Origin: Nitrosopumilus sp.
GTDB taxonomy: Archaea; Thermoproteota; Nitrososphaeria; Nitrososphaerales; Nitrosopumilaceae
NCBI GenBank assembly: GCA_028335865.1
Contig: JAOKTA010000002.1
Location: 927-64,926, forward strand
Direction of reading: 5' to 3'
DNA: 64,000 nt
This document shows, piece by piece, positions 1 through 9,830 of this stretch. The notes beneath the pieces were generated by a model. The model was given only the letters and a program-made list of their open reading frames with translations. It had not been told where the DNA came from and searched no databases. The position numbers were made by a program, and so were the translations under genes. Each line of letters starts with the position of its first letter. Position 1 is the first letter of the stretch.

Positions 1-108
1 CAGAAAAATGAAACAAGGGATGTAAAGTATTGGACCTATCATCATAATGAAGACCATTTTGCAATTGTTTTAATTGACAATTCAACTCTAACAGAACTAG
101 GTTTTTGA
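1..108 (+). CDS. 3' end of a hypothetical protein (partial, runs off window)
   Basis: Frame 1 open from base 1 (QKNETRDVKYWTYHHNEDHFAIVLIDNSTLTELGF) to TGA at 106-108, convergent with the PAP2 gene. Confidence 0.55.
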   Translation, partial: QKNETRDVKYWTYHHNEDHFAIVLIDNSTLTELGF

Positions 109-765
109 TTTATCAAAAATTTGATATAATTTTGTTCTATTTGCCATAACGCCAGCAAGCATCACACCGATTATAGTTCCGCCAATTACATCCATAGGAA
201 AATGTTGTAAAACATACACTCTACTAAGAGAGATCATTGCAGGATAAATGAATATCAAATATGCGCCGCGAGGGAATCTCTCAGATAGTGCATAGCCCAA
301 AATAATTGCAAAAATCATTGATCTAGCTGCATGGCCAGAAGGGTATGAAGCGTCAAAACCACCTTCACAAAATAATGCAAATGTATCACGACTAATTTGT
401 ACGGGGAATTCAACCCCAAGATAATCATAACCAGGTCTATCCCTGTCGACACCGCATTTGATGTATCCAGTAAGAAGCGTAGAAATTACAATCAAAATTA
501 AAAGGGTAATTCCAACTCTTCGGGTTTTTGGAATCAATAATATTATAATCGCAAACATCATCATGTTGAAAACATCACCACTTTCTGTAACATACTGCAT
601 AACAAGGTCTAAAGTGGAATTTCCGACATTCTCTGAAAAGAATAGAATTACATTTTGATCAAAATCATCAGTTAATTCAAAAAATACAAGGGATGTCAAA
701 AAAAGGAAGAGTGCAGTCAATAAGACAAAAGAACGCGACCGAATATCAAAAAGCCAATTTTTCAA
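97..765 (-). CDS. PAP2-family membrane phosphatase
   Basis: KxxxxRxRP, PSGH and SRxxxxxHxxxD motifs; hydrophobic helices. Confidence 0.9.
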   Translation of the reverse strand: MKNWLFDIRSRSFVLLTALFLFLTSLVFFELTDDFDQNVILFFSENVGNSTLDLVMQYVTESGDVFNMMMFAIIILLIPKTRRVGITLLILIVISTLLTGYIKCGVDRDRPGYDYLGVEFPVQISRDTFALFCEGGFDASYPSGHAARSMIFAIILGYALSERFPRGAYLIFIYPAMISLSRVYVLQHFPMDVIGGTIIGVMLAGVMANRTKLYQIFDKSKT

Positions 766-905
766 TTAATTAAACCTCAACAATATACAGTTTAATTTAC
801 ATTAATACATAACTTTTAAAAAATAAGCCGCACAACGCAGACAAAACCCATAACAATAATTATGATCGGCTCAAAGATTTTAACCAAGGATATACTAGAA
901 AAATT

Positions 906-2114
906 GTGAAAATACTCACATTAGATGACTTTGATCTAAAGGGGAAAACGGTTTTTGTTAGAATGGATATGAATTGTCCCATAGATCCAGAAACTAATGA
1001 AATTCTGGGTACAAAAAGAATTGAAGAGGCAATTGAAACTCTAGAATCATTAAAAGATTCCAAAGTAGTAATAGCATCACATCAAGGAAGAGTAGGAAAT
1101 AACGAGTATACAGGGATGAATAAGCATGCAGAAGTCCTTGAAAAATTAATGAATAGAAAAATAAAATATGTTGAAGATGCCATTGGAGAAGCCGCACAAA
1201 ATGCAATTAAAAATTTAGAAGATGGAGAAATATTACTTTTAGACAACTTAAGATTATGTGCTGAAGAAAATTATGAATTTAAACCAGAAAATGCCGCAAA
1301 AACAATAATGGTGTCAAGGTTATCAAAACTATTTGATCTTTGTGTATTGGATTCATTTCCAAGTGCACACAGATCACATCCGTCAATCGTAGGATTTACG
1401 CAAGTACTACCAGCATGTGCAGGGCGAATTGTAGAAAGGGAAGTGAGGAATTTGGATGAAATAATGACAGTTGCAAAGGCACCGCACGTAATTATTCTAG
1501 GAGGATCCAAAGTGCCAGACAGATTAGAGGCAATAAAATTGCTAATTCAAAATGGAAGGGCAGACCATGTTTTACTTACAGGGTTAATTGCAAATGTGTT
1601 CATGCGTGCTCAGGCCAGAATTAAGTCGCCACTAGGAATTAAAAATGAAGATGAAGTAGTAGCAAAAGCTCATTCATTGATTGGAGATTACCCTGACGTA
1701 TTTGCAACTCCAGTAGATGTTGCAATTGATAAAGATGGTCAAAGAGTAGAAATGGATGTTAGAGAGATAGAAAAGGAAGATAAAATTTTTGACTTAGGTC
1801 CTAAAACAATTGAATATTATTCAAAATTAATTGCAGGTGCTGGAACTGTTTTCATCAGCGGTCCTGCAGGATTTTTTGAAAAAGAGAATTTCAAATATGG
1901 AACAACACAAATGCTTACGGCAGTGTCAAATTCAATGGCAACGACAATTGTCAGTGGCGGACATTTAACAACGGCATTAAAGCAACAAGGATTAGCAGAT
2001 AAAATTAATCACATCAGTACTGCAGGCGGGGCATTGGTACTATATCTAACGGGAGAAAAGCTTCCAATGATGAAGGCATTGGAAGATGCTGCAGAAAAAT
2101 ACAGATCTAAATAG
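906..2114 (+). CDS. pgk: phosphoglycerate kinase
   Basis: RxDxNxP, SHQGR, LLDNLR, AHRSHPS, GGSKV, ISTAGGA motifs. Confidence 0.97.
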   Translation: MKILTLDDFDLKGKTVFVRMDMNCPIDPETNEILGTKRIEEAIETLESLKDSKVVIASHQGRVGNNEYTGMNKHAEVLEKLMNRKIKYVEDAIGEAAQNAIKNLEDGEILLLDNLRLCAEENYEFKPENAAKTIMVSRLSKLFDLCVLDSFPSAHRSHPSIVGFTQVLPACAGRIVEREVRNLDEIMTVAKAPHVIILGGSKVPDRLEAIKLLIQNGRADHVLLTGLIANVFMRAQARIKSPLGIKNEDEVVAKAHSLIGDYPDVFATPVDVAIDKDGQRVEMDVREIEKEDKIFDLGPKTIEYYSKLIAGAGTVFISGPAGFFEKENFKYGTTQMLTAVSNSMATTIVSGGHLTTALKQQGLADKINHISTAGGALVLYLTGEKLPMMKALEDAAEKYRSK

Positions 2115-2454
2115 AAGATTTACAAGAAGGGTTGGGACAAGTTCTTTCTTCAGCAGTTCCAAGATAGATATCGTTACTACAAGAATTACAGTGAAGTTTT
2201 TCAACAGTATCAAATAATTTTAGAAAAATAGTAGTGAAATTCTGAGCTATGTTTCTTGTAAGACCAGAATCACAAAGTTCATTGAACAAAGATTCAGTGT
2301 CATCAATTATCCAAGAAGAGTCAATGTCACCATCGGATTTGAGGATTTCAAAAATTTGATCGTTGGTAAATTTTGTATCAGTGTCGTTAAATTTTTCAAA
2401 GATAATTTTTCTTATTTGTAATGGAATTGGAATTAAAGGTGTAAAATCACTCAT
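2107..2454 (-). CDS. hypothetical protein, winged-helix-like N-terminus plus C-terminal CxxC/CxxxxC zinc site
   Basis: 115 aa ORF 1 bp downstream of sufU; CNSC...CPNPSC. Confidence 0.75.
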   Translation of the reverse strand: MSDFTPLIPIPLQIRKIIFEKFNDTDTKFTNDQIFEILKSDGDIDSSWIIDDTESLFNELCDSGLTRNIAQNFTTIFLKLFDTVEKLHCNSCSNDIYLGTAEERTCPNPSCKSSI

Positions 2455-2455
2455 A

Positions 2456-2896
2456 CTAATACAGATTCTCGGCCTCTGTTTTTAGCGTATCTACACCTGT
2501 TTCATCATCCAGATTAGAACCAAGATAGGTATACAATGCAGATTTGAGCACCTTAAGAGAAAGTAATGCGCACTTAATTCTAACAGCTTGTAAGTGTTCT
2601 AATCCCAATTCGCCTAGCACATCATTTTTTTCAATTTTTCTTACATCATCAAGAGATTTTCCCTTAGTAATCTCGGTTAGAACAGAAGAGCAGGCCATGC
2701 AAATTGCACATCCTTTTCCATGAAATTTAATATCAGTGACTTTGTTATCGTCTATTTTCATATCAATGTCAATACTATCACCGCATAGGGGGTTGGAATC
2801 ATGAAACGTAACGTCGTGATTTTCAATTTCTCCATAGTTGATAGGGTTTCTTGAATAATCAACAATCATTTCATGGTAGATGTCAGTGCCGCTCAT
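2456..2896 (-). CDS. sufU: Fe-S cluster scaffold SufU/IscU family
   Basis: NPLCGD, GCAIC, RIKCALL; follows sufS. Confidence 0.93.
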   Translation of the reverse strand: MSGTDIYHEMIVDYSRNPINYGEIENHDVTFHDSNPLCGDSIDIDMKIDDNKVTDIKFHGKGCAICMACSSVLTEITKGKSLDDVRKIEKNDVLGELGLEHLQAVRIKCALLSLKVLKSALYTYLGSNLDDETGVDTLKTEAENLY

Positions 2897-4137
2897 AACT
2901 TAAACACCTTGGCCACTATATTTAATGAATTGATCAGGGCATCAACATCAGCCTTTGTATTATAAATATAGAAACTGGCTCTAGAAGTTGCAGCAACGTT
3001 TAGTCTCTCCATCAATACTTGAGCACAATGATGACCAGAACGTAATGAAATTCCTTCTTTATCAATAATGTCAGCAACATCATGAGGATGTACATCTGCG
3101 AAATTAAATGATATGACACCGCCACGTTTTGTAATATCTTTAGTTCCATAGATTTCAAGTCCAGGAATTTTTGAAAGTTCATCTATAGCGTATTGAGTTA
3201 ATTCCATTTCATGTTGTCTCACATTATCCATTCCAATTTTTGTAAGATAGTCAATTGCAGCTCCAAATCCTATAACTTCTGCAATACTTGGAGTTCCTGC
3301 TTCAAATTTGTAAGGTAAATCATTCCAAGTAGTTTCATACTTGTGAACTTCTCTAATCATATCACCGCCACCATGAAATGGATTCATTGTTTGTAATACA
3401 GATTTTCTAACCCATAAAACACCAATTCCAGTAGGAGCCAACATTTTGTGTCCAGAGAATGCAAAGAAATCACAGCCCAAAGTATCAAGATCAACTTTCA
3501 TGTGAGGTACGGCTTGTGCACCATCAATCAAAGTAAGAACACCTGCAGCCTTACATTTTGCAATAATTTTTGCAGCATCGGTAATAGTTCCAAGAACGTT
3601 AGACATCAAACTAAAAGTTACAAGTTTTACTTTACCAGTTGCAAGATATTTATCAAGATCATCTAAATTTAATTGTCCATCGTCATTCATTCCAATATAT
3701 TCTAATTTTGCACGTTTTTCTTGGGTAAGCAATTGCCATGGGACGATATTACTATGATGTTCATATTCGGTGGTGACAATAATATCACCTTCGTTGATAT
3801 GAGGTCGTCCCCATGCATATGCAACTAAATTAATTGCTTCAGTAGTGCCTCTAACAAAAATAAGTTCTTGGCGATTTTTAATATTAACAAATTTTGCAAT
3901 TTTATCTCTAGCTCCCTCATAAGCTTCAGTTGATTCTTCAGCAAGGGCATATACTGCACGATGGATATTTGCATTATGGTTTCTATAGTAATCAGTAATA
4001 GCATCAATTACCTGATTAGGCTTTTGAGTTGTAGATGCATTATCCAGATAAACAAGACGTTTGTTATCCCTAACAGTTCTTTTTAGAATTGGAAAGTCGT
4101 TTCTAAGATTTTCAAAAGAGTCTTCAGTACTTTGCAA
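2893..4137 (-). CDS. sufS: cysteine desulfurase SufS
   Basis: YLDNASTTQKP, EHHSN, SGHKM, RSGHHCAQ (group II). Confidence 0.97.
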   Translation of the reverse strand: MQSTEDSFENLRNDFPILKRTVRDNKRLVYLDNASTTQKPNQVIDAITDYYRNHNANIHRAVYALAEESTEAYEGARDKIAKFVNIKNRQELIFVRGTTEAINLVAYAWGRPHINEGDIIVTTEYEHHSNIVPWQLLTQEKRAKLEYIGMNDDGQLNLDDLDKYLATGKVKLVTFSLMSNVLGTITDAAKIIAKCKAAGVLTLIDGAQAVPHMKVDLDTLGCDFFAFSGHKMLAPTGIGVLWVRKSVLQTMNPFHGGGDMIREVHKYETTWNDLPYKFEAGTPSIAEVIGFGAAIDYLTKIGMDNVRQHEMELTQYAIDELSKIPGLEIYGTKDITKRGGVISFNFADVHPHDVADIIDKEGISLRSGHHCAQVLMERLNVAATSRASFYIYNTKADVDALINSLNIVAKVFKL

Positions 4138-4140
4138 TTT

Positions 4141-4458
4141 TTAAACCTCCACAAAAATTTCGTTGTTATCAATTTTAACTGGATATACTTTAAGAGCAGT
4201 TTCAGCTGGAAGGTTATTTGGTTTACCATTAACTAAATTAAAAACTGAAAGATGTAATGGACATCTAACACCTTCTTTGCTCAGAAATCCAGTAGAAAGA
4301 TCTGCATCAGCATGAGTACAAATTAAATCAGTAGCATGAATTGTGCCATCAAGATTTGCTATGAGAAGTTTCATATCATTTTTAACAAAACCAAATAATT
4401 CGCCTTTTTTCACTTGATCTAAGTTGCAGGCCTTAATCCATTCAGACATAAAAATCAC
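4141..4458 (-). CDS. Rieske-type [2Fe-2S] ferredoxin
   Basis: CTH...CPLH motif; in suf operon (start may be ATG at 4449). Confidence 0.92.
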   Translation of the reverse strand: MIFMSEWIKACNLDQVKKGELFGFVKNDMKLLIANLDGTIHATDLICTHADADLSTGFLSKEGVRCPLHLSVFNLVNGKPNNLPAETALKVYPVKIDNNEIFVEV

Positions 4459-5855
4459 CGATACTTGTAGTGTTGCTCAACTTCAGAATTTTCATCATAA
4501 CGAGTTTCTTCAATTTCAACAAACTTTGCTAATTCCTCATCTGTGTTAATAGTAAGTTCACGATTGTCCCATTTAGATTCAATAAGATATGCAATCCATG
4601 CTCTAACTTGAAAAGACATCTTTCTTGAAAGAGGTTCTAAGAAACCCTCAACAATAGTTCTTTCAGCTTCTGCATGACTAAGACATCTAGTTTTTAGATA
4701 GAAGAGTTGTTCCTCGTCAATTTGTGCAACAGATGCAGAGTGAGTTGCTTTTACATCATTGGTAAATATCTCTAATCCAGGAATTGCATCAGATTTTGCA
4801 TCAGGATCTAATAAAATTGAACGACCAGATAAGAAAGAATTTGATTTGGATGCATTTTCCTTAATTCTGATCATTCCTTTGAAAAGAGATTTAGACTTAT
4901 TTCGAAGAATAGATTTTTCAACTACACGACCTTCAGTAGATGGGCTTTCGTGATTTACATTAGTTTGAATATCAAAGGATTGTTCATTATTTCCAAAAAT
5001 AACTTCAGAATCATTTGAGGATGCACCAGAACCATTAAGAAAATATTCAATTTTATATCGAGATAGCATTGAACCAAATAATCCAGAATACCAATTTACT
5101 TTAGCATCTTGTCCCAGGTCAGTACGTTTTGTTGAAAAAGTTACAGCATGTTGGTCCATCATTTGTAAAGTAGTAACATCCAATTGAGCATTTGCAGCAA
5201 CATTGGTGTTCATTAATTCAAGATATGCTTGCTGCGTTTGAATATTTGCAGAATACAATTCTTGAACAAGTGTAGACTTGCTACTTTCATCTGCAAAAAT
5301 AATATTTCTAGAAATTGTTGAATGTCCATCTTCAGAAAGGCATGTCAAAAAGTAAATGGGTTTATCTAAAATAAAATTACGTGGTATGTGGATAAATATT
5401 CCAGAATTAAAAGCAGCATTATTCAAAGCCGTAAATTTATCATCACCAGAATCTGATGCCTCTAATGCCTTTTTTACTAATTCAAAATTATTTTGAATAG
5501 CGTCAGAGATTGAAGAAATCACAAGACCTTTTGATTTTAATTCATCAGGTAGATTAATTCTATGAATATTAGTTCCAATTTGAATAATACAAATTTCATT
5601 TTCTAATTCACCTAATCTTTTGTTAAGAAAAGCAGGTACTGTTTCAGTAGTAGTGTTTGAAAGAGATACTTTTTCAGGATCCATTTTTTTTGCATCAGTA
5701 TACTTGTTGTATAACGGAGATGTCTCAATTGGAAGACTATCATAAATGGATAAAGAATTTTTTCTATAATTTTTTAACCACTCAGGCTCATTCATGGATG
5801 AAGAAATTTCTTCAACATGAGAAGTATTTAGTTTTGAAAGTATTTCTTGAGACAT
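4455..5855 (-). CDS. sufD: Fe-S cluster assembly protein SufD
   Basis: SufBD beta-helix, PGLEI..NDVKATH, EEQLFYLKTR. Confidence 0.93.
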   Translation of the reverse strand: MSQEILSKLNTSHVEEISSSMNEPEWLKNYRKNSLSIYDSLPIETSPLYNKYTDAKKMDPEKVSLSNTTTETVPAFLNKRLGELENEICIIQIGTNIHRINLPDELKSKGLVISSISDAIQNNFELVKKALEASDSGDDKFTALNNAAFNSGIFIHIPRNFILDKPIYFLTCLSEDGHSTISRNIIFADESSKSTLVQELYSANIQTQQAYLELMNTNVAANAQLDVTTLQMMDQHAVTFSTKRTDLGQDAKVNWYSGLFGSMLSRYKIEYFLNGSGASSNDSEVIFGNNEQSFDIQTNVNHESPSTEGRVVEKSILRNKSKSLFKGMIRIKENASKSNSFLSGRSILLDPDAKSDAIPGLEIFTNDVKATHSASVAQIDEEQLFYLKTRCLSHAEAERTIVEGFLEPLSRKMSFQVRAWIAYLIESKWDNRELTINTDEELAKFVEIEETRYDENSEVEQHYKYR

Positions 5856-5880
5856 GATTAATCAGATAAAGATTGGGAGT

Positions 5881-7281
5881 TTATCCCACAGAGTCATCCA
5901 TTTCTAATTTAATGAGTCTGTTTAATTCAACTGCATATTCCATTGGCAATTCTTTTGTAAATGGCTCCATAAATCCGTTAACGATTAATGATAATGCATC
6001 TTCTTCACTAAATCCTCTAGACATAAGATAGAAAATTTGTTCATCTCCAATTTTTCCAACAGTAGCCTCGTGAGTGATTGTTGCATCCTCTTGATCAATT
6101 ACCATATATGGATAAGTATCAGTTTTTGAAGTATCATCCATTAACAATGCATCGCATCTAACAGTGGATTTTACACCAGTTGCACCTTTTGCAACGTTTA
6201 ACATTCCTCTATAAGTTGAACGACCATCTAATCTGCTTACAGATTTGGATGTAACTTTAGAAGTTGTGTTTGGTGCAAGATGTACCATTTTAGCTCCAGT
6301 ATCTTGGTGTTGACCTTTACCTGCAAATGCAATAGATAGTGTTTCACCATAAGCTCTTTCGCCCATAAGATATACGCCAGGATATTTCATTGTTAACTTA
6401 CTTCCAATGTTTCCATCAATCCATTCAACGGTTGCACCTTCGTATGCATAAGCACGTTTTGTTACAAGGTTGTAAACATCAGAGCTCCAGTTTTGAATAG
6501 TGGTATATCTCAATTTTGCATCTTTGTGTGCAACAAGTTCAACAACAGCAGAGTGAAGTGATTCAGAAGAATATACAGGAGCAGTACAACCTTCGATGTA
6601 ATGTACTTCTGCGCCTTCGTCAACAATGATTAGTGTTCTTTCAAATTGACCAATGTTTTCTGCGTTAATTCTAAAGTATGCTTGTAAAGGCATGTCGATA
6701 TGGACACCTTTTGGAACATAGATAAATGAGCCACCACTCCATACAGCACTGTTTAGTGCTGCAAATTTGTTATCCTCTGGAGGAATAATTTTACCAAAGT
6801 ATTTTTTGAATAATTCAGGATGATCAATTAAGGCTTGGTCAGTATCTAAAAACAAAACACCTTGTTTTGCTAAATCTTCTCTTAAACTGTGATAGACAAC
6901 TTCAGATTCATATTGTGCACCAACACCTGCTAAAAATTTCTTTTCAGCTTCTGGAATTCCAAGTTTATCAAAAGTTTTTTTGACATTATCTGGAACGTCA
7001 TCCCAATCTTTTGCTACACCATCAGATGCTTTGGCATAATAATAGATATTTTGGAAATCAATAGTACTAAGATCACCACCCCAAGTTGGCATTGGTTTTT
7101 GCATAAAAATTTCATAAGAACGTAATCTGAAATCCAGCATCCACTGTGGTTCGTTTTTCATTTTACTAATTTCAATTACAGTGTTCTTGGAAATTCCTTT
7201 CTTACTTAGGTGAACATACATTTCTGTAGAGTCTTTAAAATCATATTTTGTATAATCAATATCGAGGTTTTCTGTTGTCAT
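5881..7281 (-). CDS. sufB: Fe-S cluster assembly protein SufB
   Basis: [41 protein letters not shown]. Confidence 0.97.
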   Translation of the reverse strand: MTTENLDIDYTKYDFKDSTEMYVHLSKKGISKNTVIEISKMKNEPQWMLDFRLRSYEIFMQKPMPTWGGDLSTIDFQNIYYYAKASDGVAKDWDDVPDNVKKTFDKLGIPEAEKKFLAGVGAQYESEVVYHSLREDLAKQGVLFLDTDQALIDHPELFKKYFGKIIPPEDNKFAALNSAVWSGGSFIYVPKGVHIDMPLQAYFRINAENIGQFERTLIIVDEGAEVHYIEGCTAPVYSSESLHSAVVELVAHKDAKLRYTTIQNWSSDVYNLVTKRAYAYEGATVEWIDGNIGSKLTMKYPGVYLMGERAYGETLSIAFAGKGQHQDTGAKMVHLAPNTTSKVTSKSVSRLDGRSTYRGMLNVAKGATGVKSTVRCDALLMDDTSKTDTYPYMVIDQEDATITHEATVGKIGDEQIFYLMSRGFSEEDALSLIVNGFMEPFTKELPMEYAVELNRLIKLEMDDSVG

Positions 7282-7337
7282 GTTAAAGATAACTCCGTTA
7301 TATTATAAATACATGAGGAAAAATAGGGAGAGCTAAA

Positions 7338-7349
7338 TAGCTTAAGCTA
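7338..7349. promoter_or_regulatory. perfect 12-bp palindrome TAGCTTAAGCTA upstream of sufB, candidate operator
   Basis: Seen in the 76-bp hemD-sufB intergenic region. Confidence 0.4.
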
Positions 7350-7357
7350 AATTTTGA

Positions 7358-8158
7358 TTAGATCGGGTCCAGAGTAGTTTTCATAGCATCAAAAGCACCT
7401 GCAACAGTATGAACCTCTGCCACAGTATTCTTAACTTTGAATTTTTTTAATTCATCTGAAGTGAAGGGACCGATTGAAACTACAGATGATTTTGTAAGAT
7501 TATCAAGTAATAGATTCATAGCATAGTCTTTAGCCATTATTTCAAAAAAACCCCTAACAGTTGATGCACTGGTAAATACAATGCCATCAACTTTATTTTG
7601 AGAAAATAGTTCTCTAAATCCGTTCCATTGAGTAGTGTCTCTAAAAGCACAAACATCATACAGATGAATTTCCAACACATCAATTCCAATTTTGGAAAGT
7701 AATTCTTTTAGAAAAGGAGTTGATGCACCGCTACGTGGAACAATAACTTTTTTTCCAACAGCATTAAGTTTTGTAAATTCTTCACCCACACCAACTGATG
7801 AAAAAGTTGTAGGTTGGTGGTTTACTTTAATTCCTTCAGCCTCAAGTGTAAGAGATGTTTTAGGTCCAACAGACATCACAATAGTATTGGCAACTGCCAA
7901 TTGTAGTTTTTCAAGTTTTCCTAATTGTTTAGCAGTATTAAATAATAATTTCACAGCTTTTGAACTCATAAAAACAGAGTAATCAGGATTGTATTTAGAA
8001 ACAGATTCTAAAAATTCATCAACTATTTTTTCACCTTTACTTACTAATTCTATGGTAGGTAGGGGAACAGGAGTGGCATTGTTTTCTTTTGCAAGTAAAA
8101 TAAATTCTGAAGCGTCATCTTCTGAACGGGTTATGGCAATAGTTTTTCCACTAAGCAT
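7358..8158 (-). CDS. hemD: uroporphyrinogen-III synthase
   Basis: IAITR, VGPKT, FTSAS, IGPFT; ATG overlaps cobA stop (TAATG). Confidence 0.92.
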   Translation of the reverse strand: MLSGKTIAITRSEDDASEFILLAKENNATPVPLPTIELVSKGEKIVDEFLESVSKYNPDYSVFMSSKAVKLLFNTAKQLGKLEKLQLAVANTIVMSVGPKTSLTLEAEGIKVNHQPTTFSSVGVGEEFTKLNAVGKKVIVPRSGASTPFLKELLSKIGIDVLEIHLYDVCAFRDTTQWNGFRELFSQNKVDGIVFTSASTVRGFFEIMAKDYAMNLLLDNLTKSSVVSIGPFTSDELKKFKVKNTVAEVHTVAGAFDAMKTTLDPI

Positions 8159-8898
8159 TATTTCCACCCAATGACATCAGATAGGTCAACTACCTTACCA
8201 ATAATTATATTTGTAGGAGGAATAATTTTATTTTCTTTAATCTTTTTTGCAATATTTGTAACATTTCCTTTTATCATTTTTTGTTGCGGGGTTGTACCAT
8301 TTTGAATTACAGCTACGGGCATTTTTTTATCCATGCCTCCTGCTATCAATTGCTTACAAATAATATCAATTCTAGACAATCCCATCATTATTACAATAGT
8401 ATCTACGGATTTTGCAAGATTTTTCCATTTAACAATTTCTTCTTTCTTTTCAGGATCTTCATGACCCGTAACAAAAACAACTGACGATGCATATTTTCTA
8501 TGAGTTAAAGGAATTCCAGCATATGTTGCAGAACCAATTCCAGAAGTAATTCCAGGGACAATTTCATATTTGACTTTATGATCTTTTAGAAATTCAGCTT
8601 CTTCGCCACCACGTCCAAAAATAATTGGATCTCCACCTTTTAGTCTAACAACATGTTTGTTAGATTTTGCATATTCAACCATTAAATCATTAGTTCCCTT
8701 TTGATGAGTTGTATCATCACCTACTGCACGTCCAACATAGACTTTTTTTGCAGTTTTAGGAATCATAGAAATAATTTTTTTGCTGACTAACCTATCGTAT
8801 AAAACCACATCAGCTTTTTGAATCAATTCAAGAGCTCTTAGAGTAATTAATTTACTATCTCCAGGGCCAGCTCCAACAAGATATACTTTACCAGTCAT
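8158..8898 (-). CDS. cobA: uroporphyrinogen-III C-methyltransferase
   Basis: VYLVGAGPGD, RLKGGDP..FGRGGEE; likely start MTGKV overlapping hemC stop. Confidence 0.95.
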   Translation of the reverse strand: MTGKVYLVGAGPGDSKLITLRALELIQKADVVLYDRLVSKKIISMIPKTAKKVYVGRAVGDDTTHQKGTNDLMVEYAKSNKHVVRLKGGDPIIFGRGGEEAEFLKDHKVKYEIVPGITSGIGSATYAGIPLTHRKYASSVVFVTGHEDPEKKEEIVKWKNLAKSVDTIVIMMGLSRIDIICKQLIAGGMDKKMPVAVIQNGTTPQQKMIKGNVTNIAKKIKENKIIPPTNIIIGKVVDLSDVIGWK

Positions 8899-9830
8899 GT
8901 CGTATTCCATTCCTCCACTTTTTCTCTCCAATTTAATGCAAGATCATTAATTCCCTTACTACGTAACTCCTCACCTACCTGTTTACCCAATAATTTAGGA
9001 TTATTCTTATCGCCAGATTTTGTAACATGTAGAGATTGTTTGCCATCAACAGAGAAAGCATAAACAGTCAAGGTCATTTCAATTTCATTGGATTTTGCAT
9101 ATGCGCCTAAAGGAAATCTACATCCAGAATCAACATAATCAGATAAAGCTCGTTCAGCCTCAATTTCTAATCTAGAATCAGCATTCTCAATTTTTTTGAG
9201 CATTTCAATTGTCTTTAGATCATCAGCCCTTGCAACTATTGCAATGGCACCTTGGCCAGGAGAAGGTGAAAAAGCATCGGTGGATAAAGGAGTGAAATTT
9301 ACATCAACTCCTAATCGAGAAATTCCGGCATGTGCAAGCACTATTGCATCAAAATGTTCTCCAGATATTTTGTTAATTCTAGTTTCAATATTTCCTCGAA
9401 TTGGTTTAACAGTTACATCAGATCTTTGTCGAATAATTTGAACAGCTCTACGTAATGAACTTGTTCCAATTATAGAACCAGCTTTAATTTTATCTAAAGA
9501 TGAACCATCAGATGAAATAAACACATCATTTACTTTTTCACGTTTTGGAATAGATGCAATTATTAAATTATTAGCCAAGTCAGATGGAATATCCTTAAGA
9601 CTATGTACTGCAAAATCAATTTCTTTTTCTGCAACTGCTTTGTCAATTTCTTTTTCAAAAATACCTTTTTGTTCAATTGTAAATAGGGGTCTCGTATCAG
9701 TATCACCTTTGGTAGTGATTGGTTTAATTTCATATTCAGAATCAGAATTTTCTTTTTTTAATTCTGAAACAACCCAACTTGTTTGAGCTATAGATAATTT
9801 ACTACCTCTTGCACCAACTAAATATTTCAA
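8895..9830 (-). CDS. hemC: porphobilinogen deaminase
   Basis: RGSKLS, AVHSLKD, GTSSLRR, RGNIETR, SGC cofactor Cys. Confidence 0.96.
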   Translation of the reverse strand: MKYLVGARGSKLSIAQTSWVVSELKKENSDSEYEIKPITTKGDTDTRPLFTIEQKGIFEKEIDKAVAEKEIDFAVHSLKDIPSDLANNLIIASIPKREKVNDVFISSDGSSLDKIKAGSIIGTSSLRRAVQIIRQRSDVTVKPIRGNIETRINKISGEHFDAIVLAHAGISRLGVDVNFTPLSTDAFSPSPGQGAIAIVARADDLKTIEMLKKIENADSRLEIEAERALSDYVDSGCRFPLGAYAKSNEIEMTLTVYAFSVDGKQSLHVTKSGDKNNPKLLGKQVGEELRSKGINDLALNWREKVEEWNTT

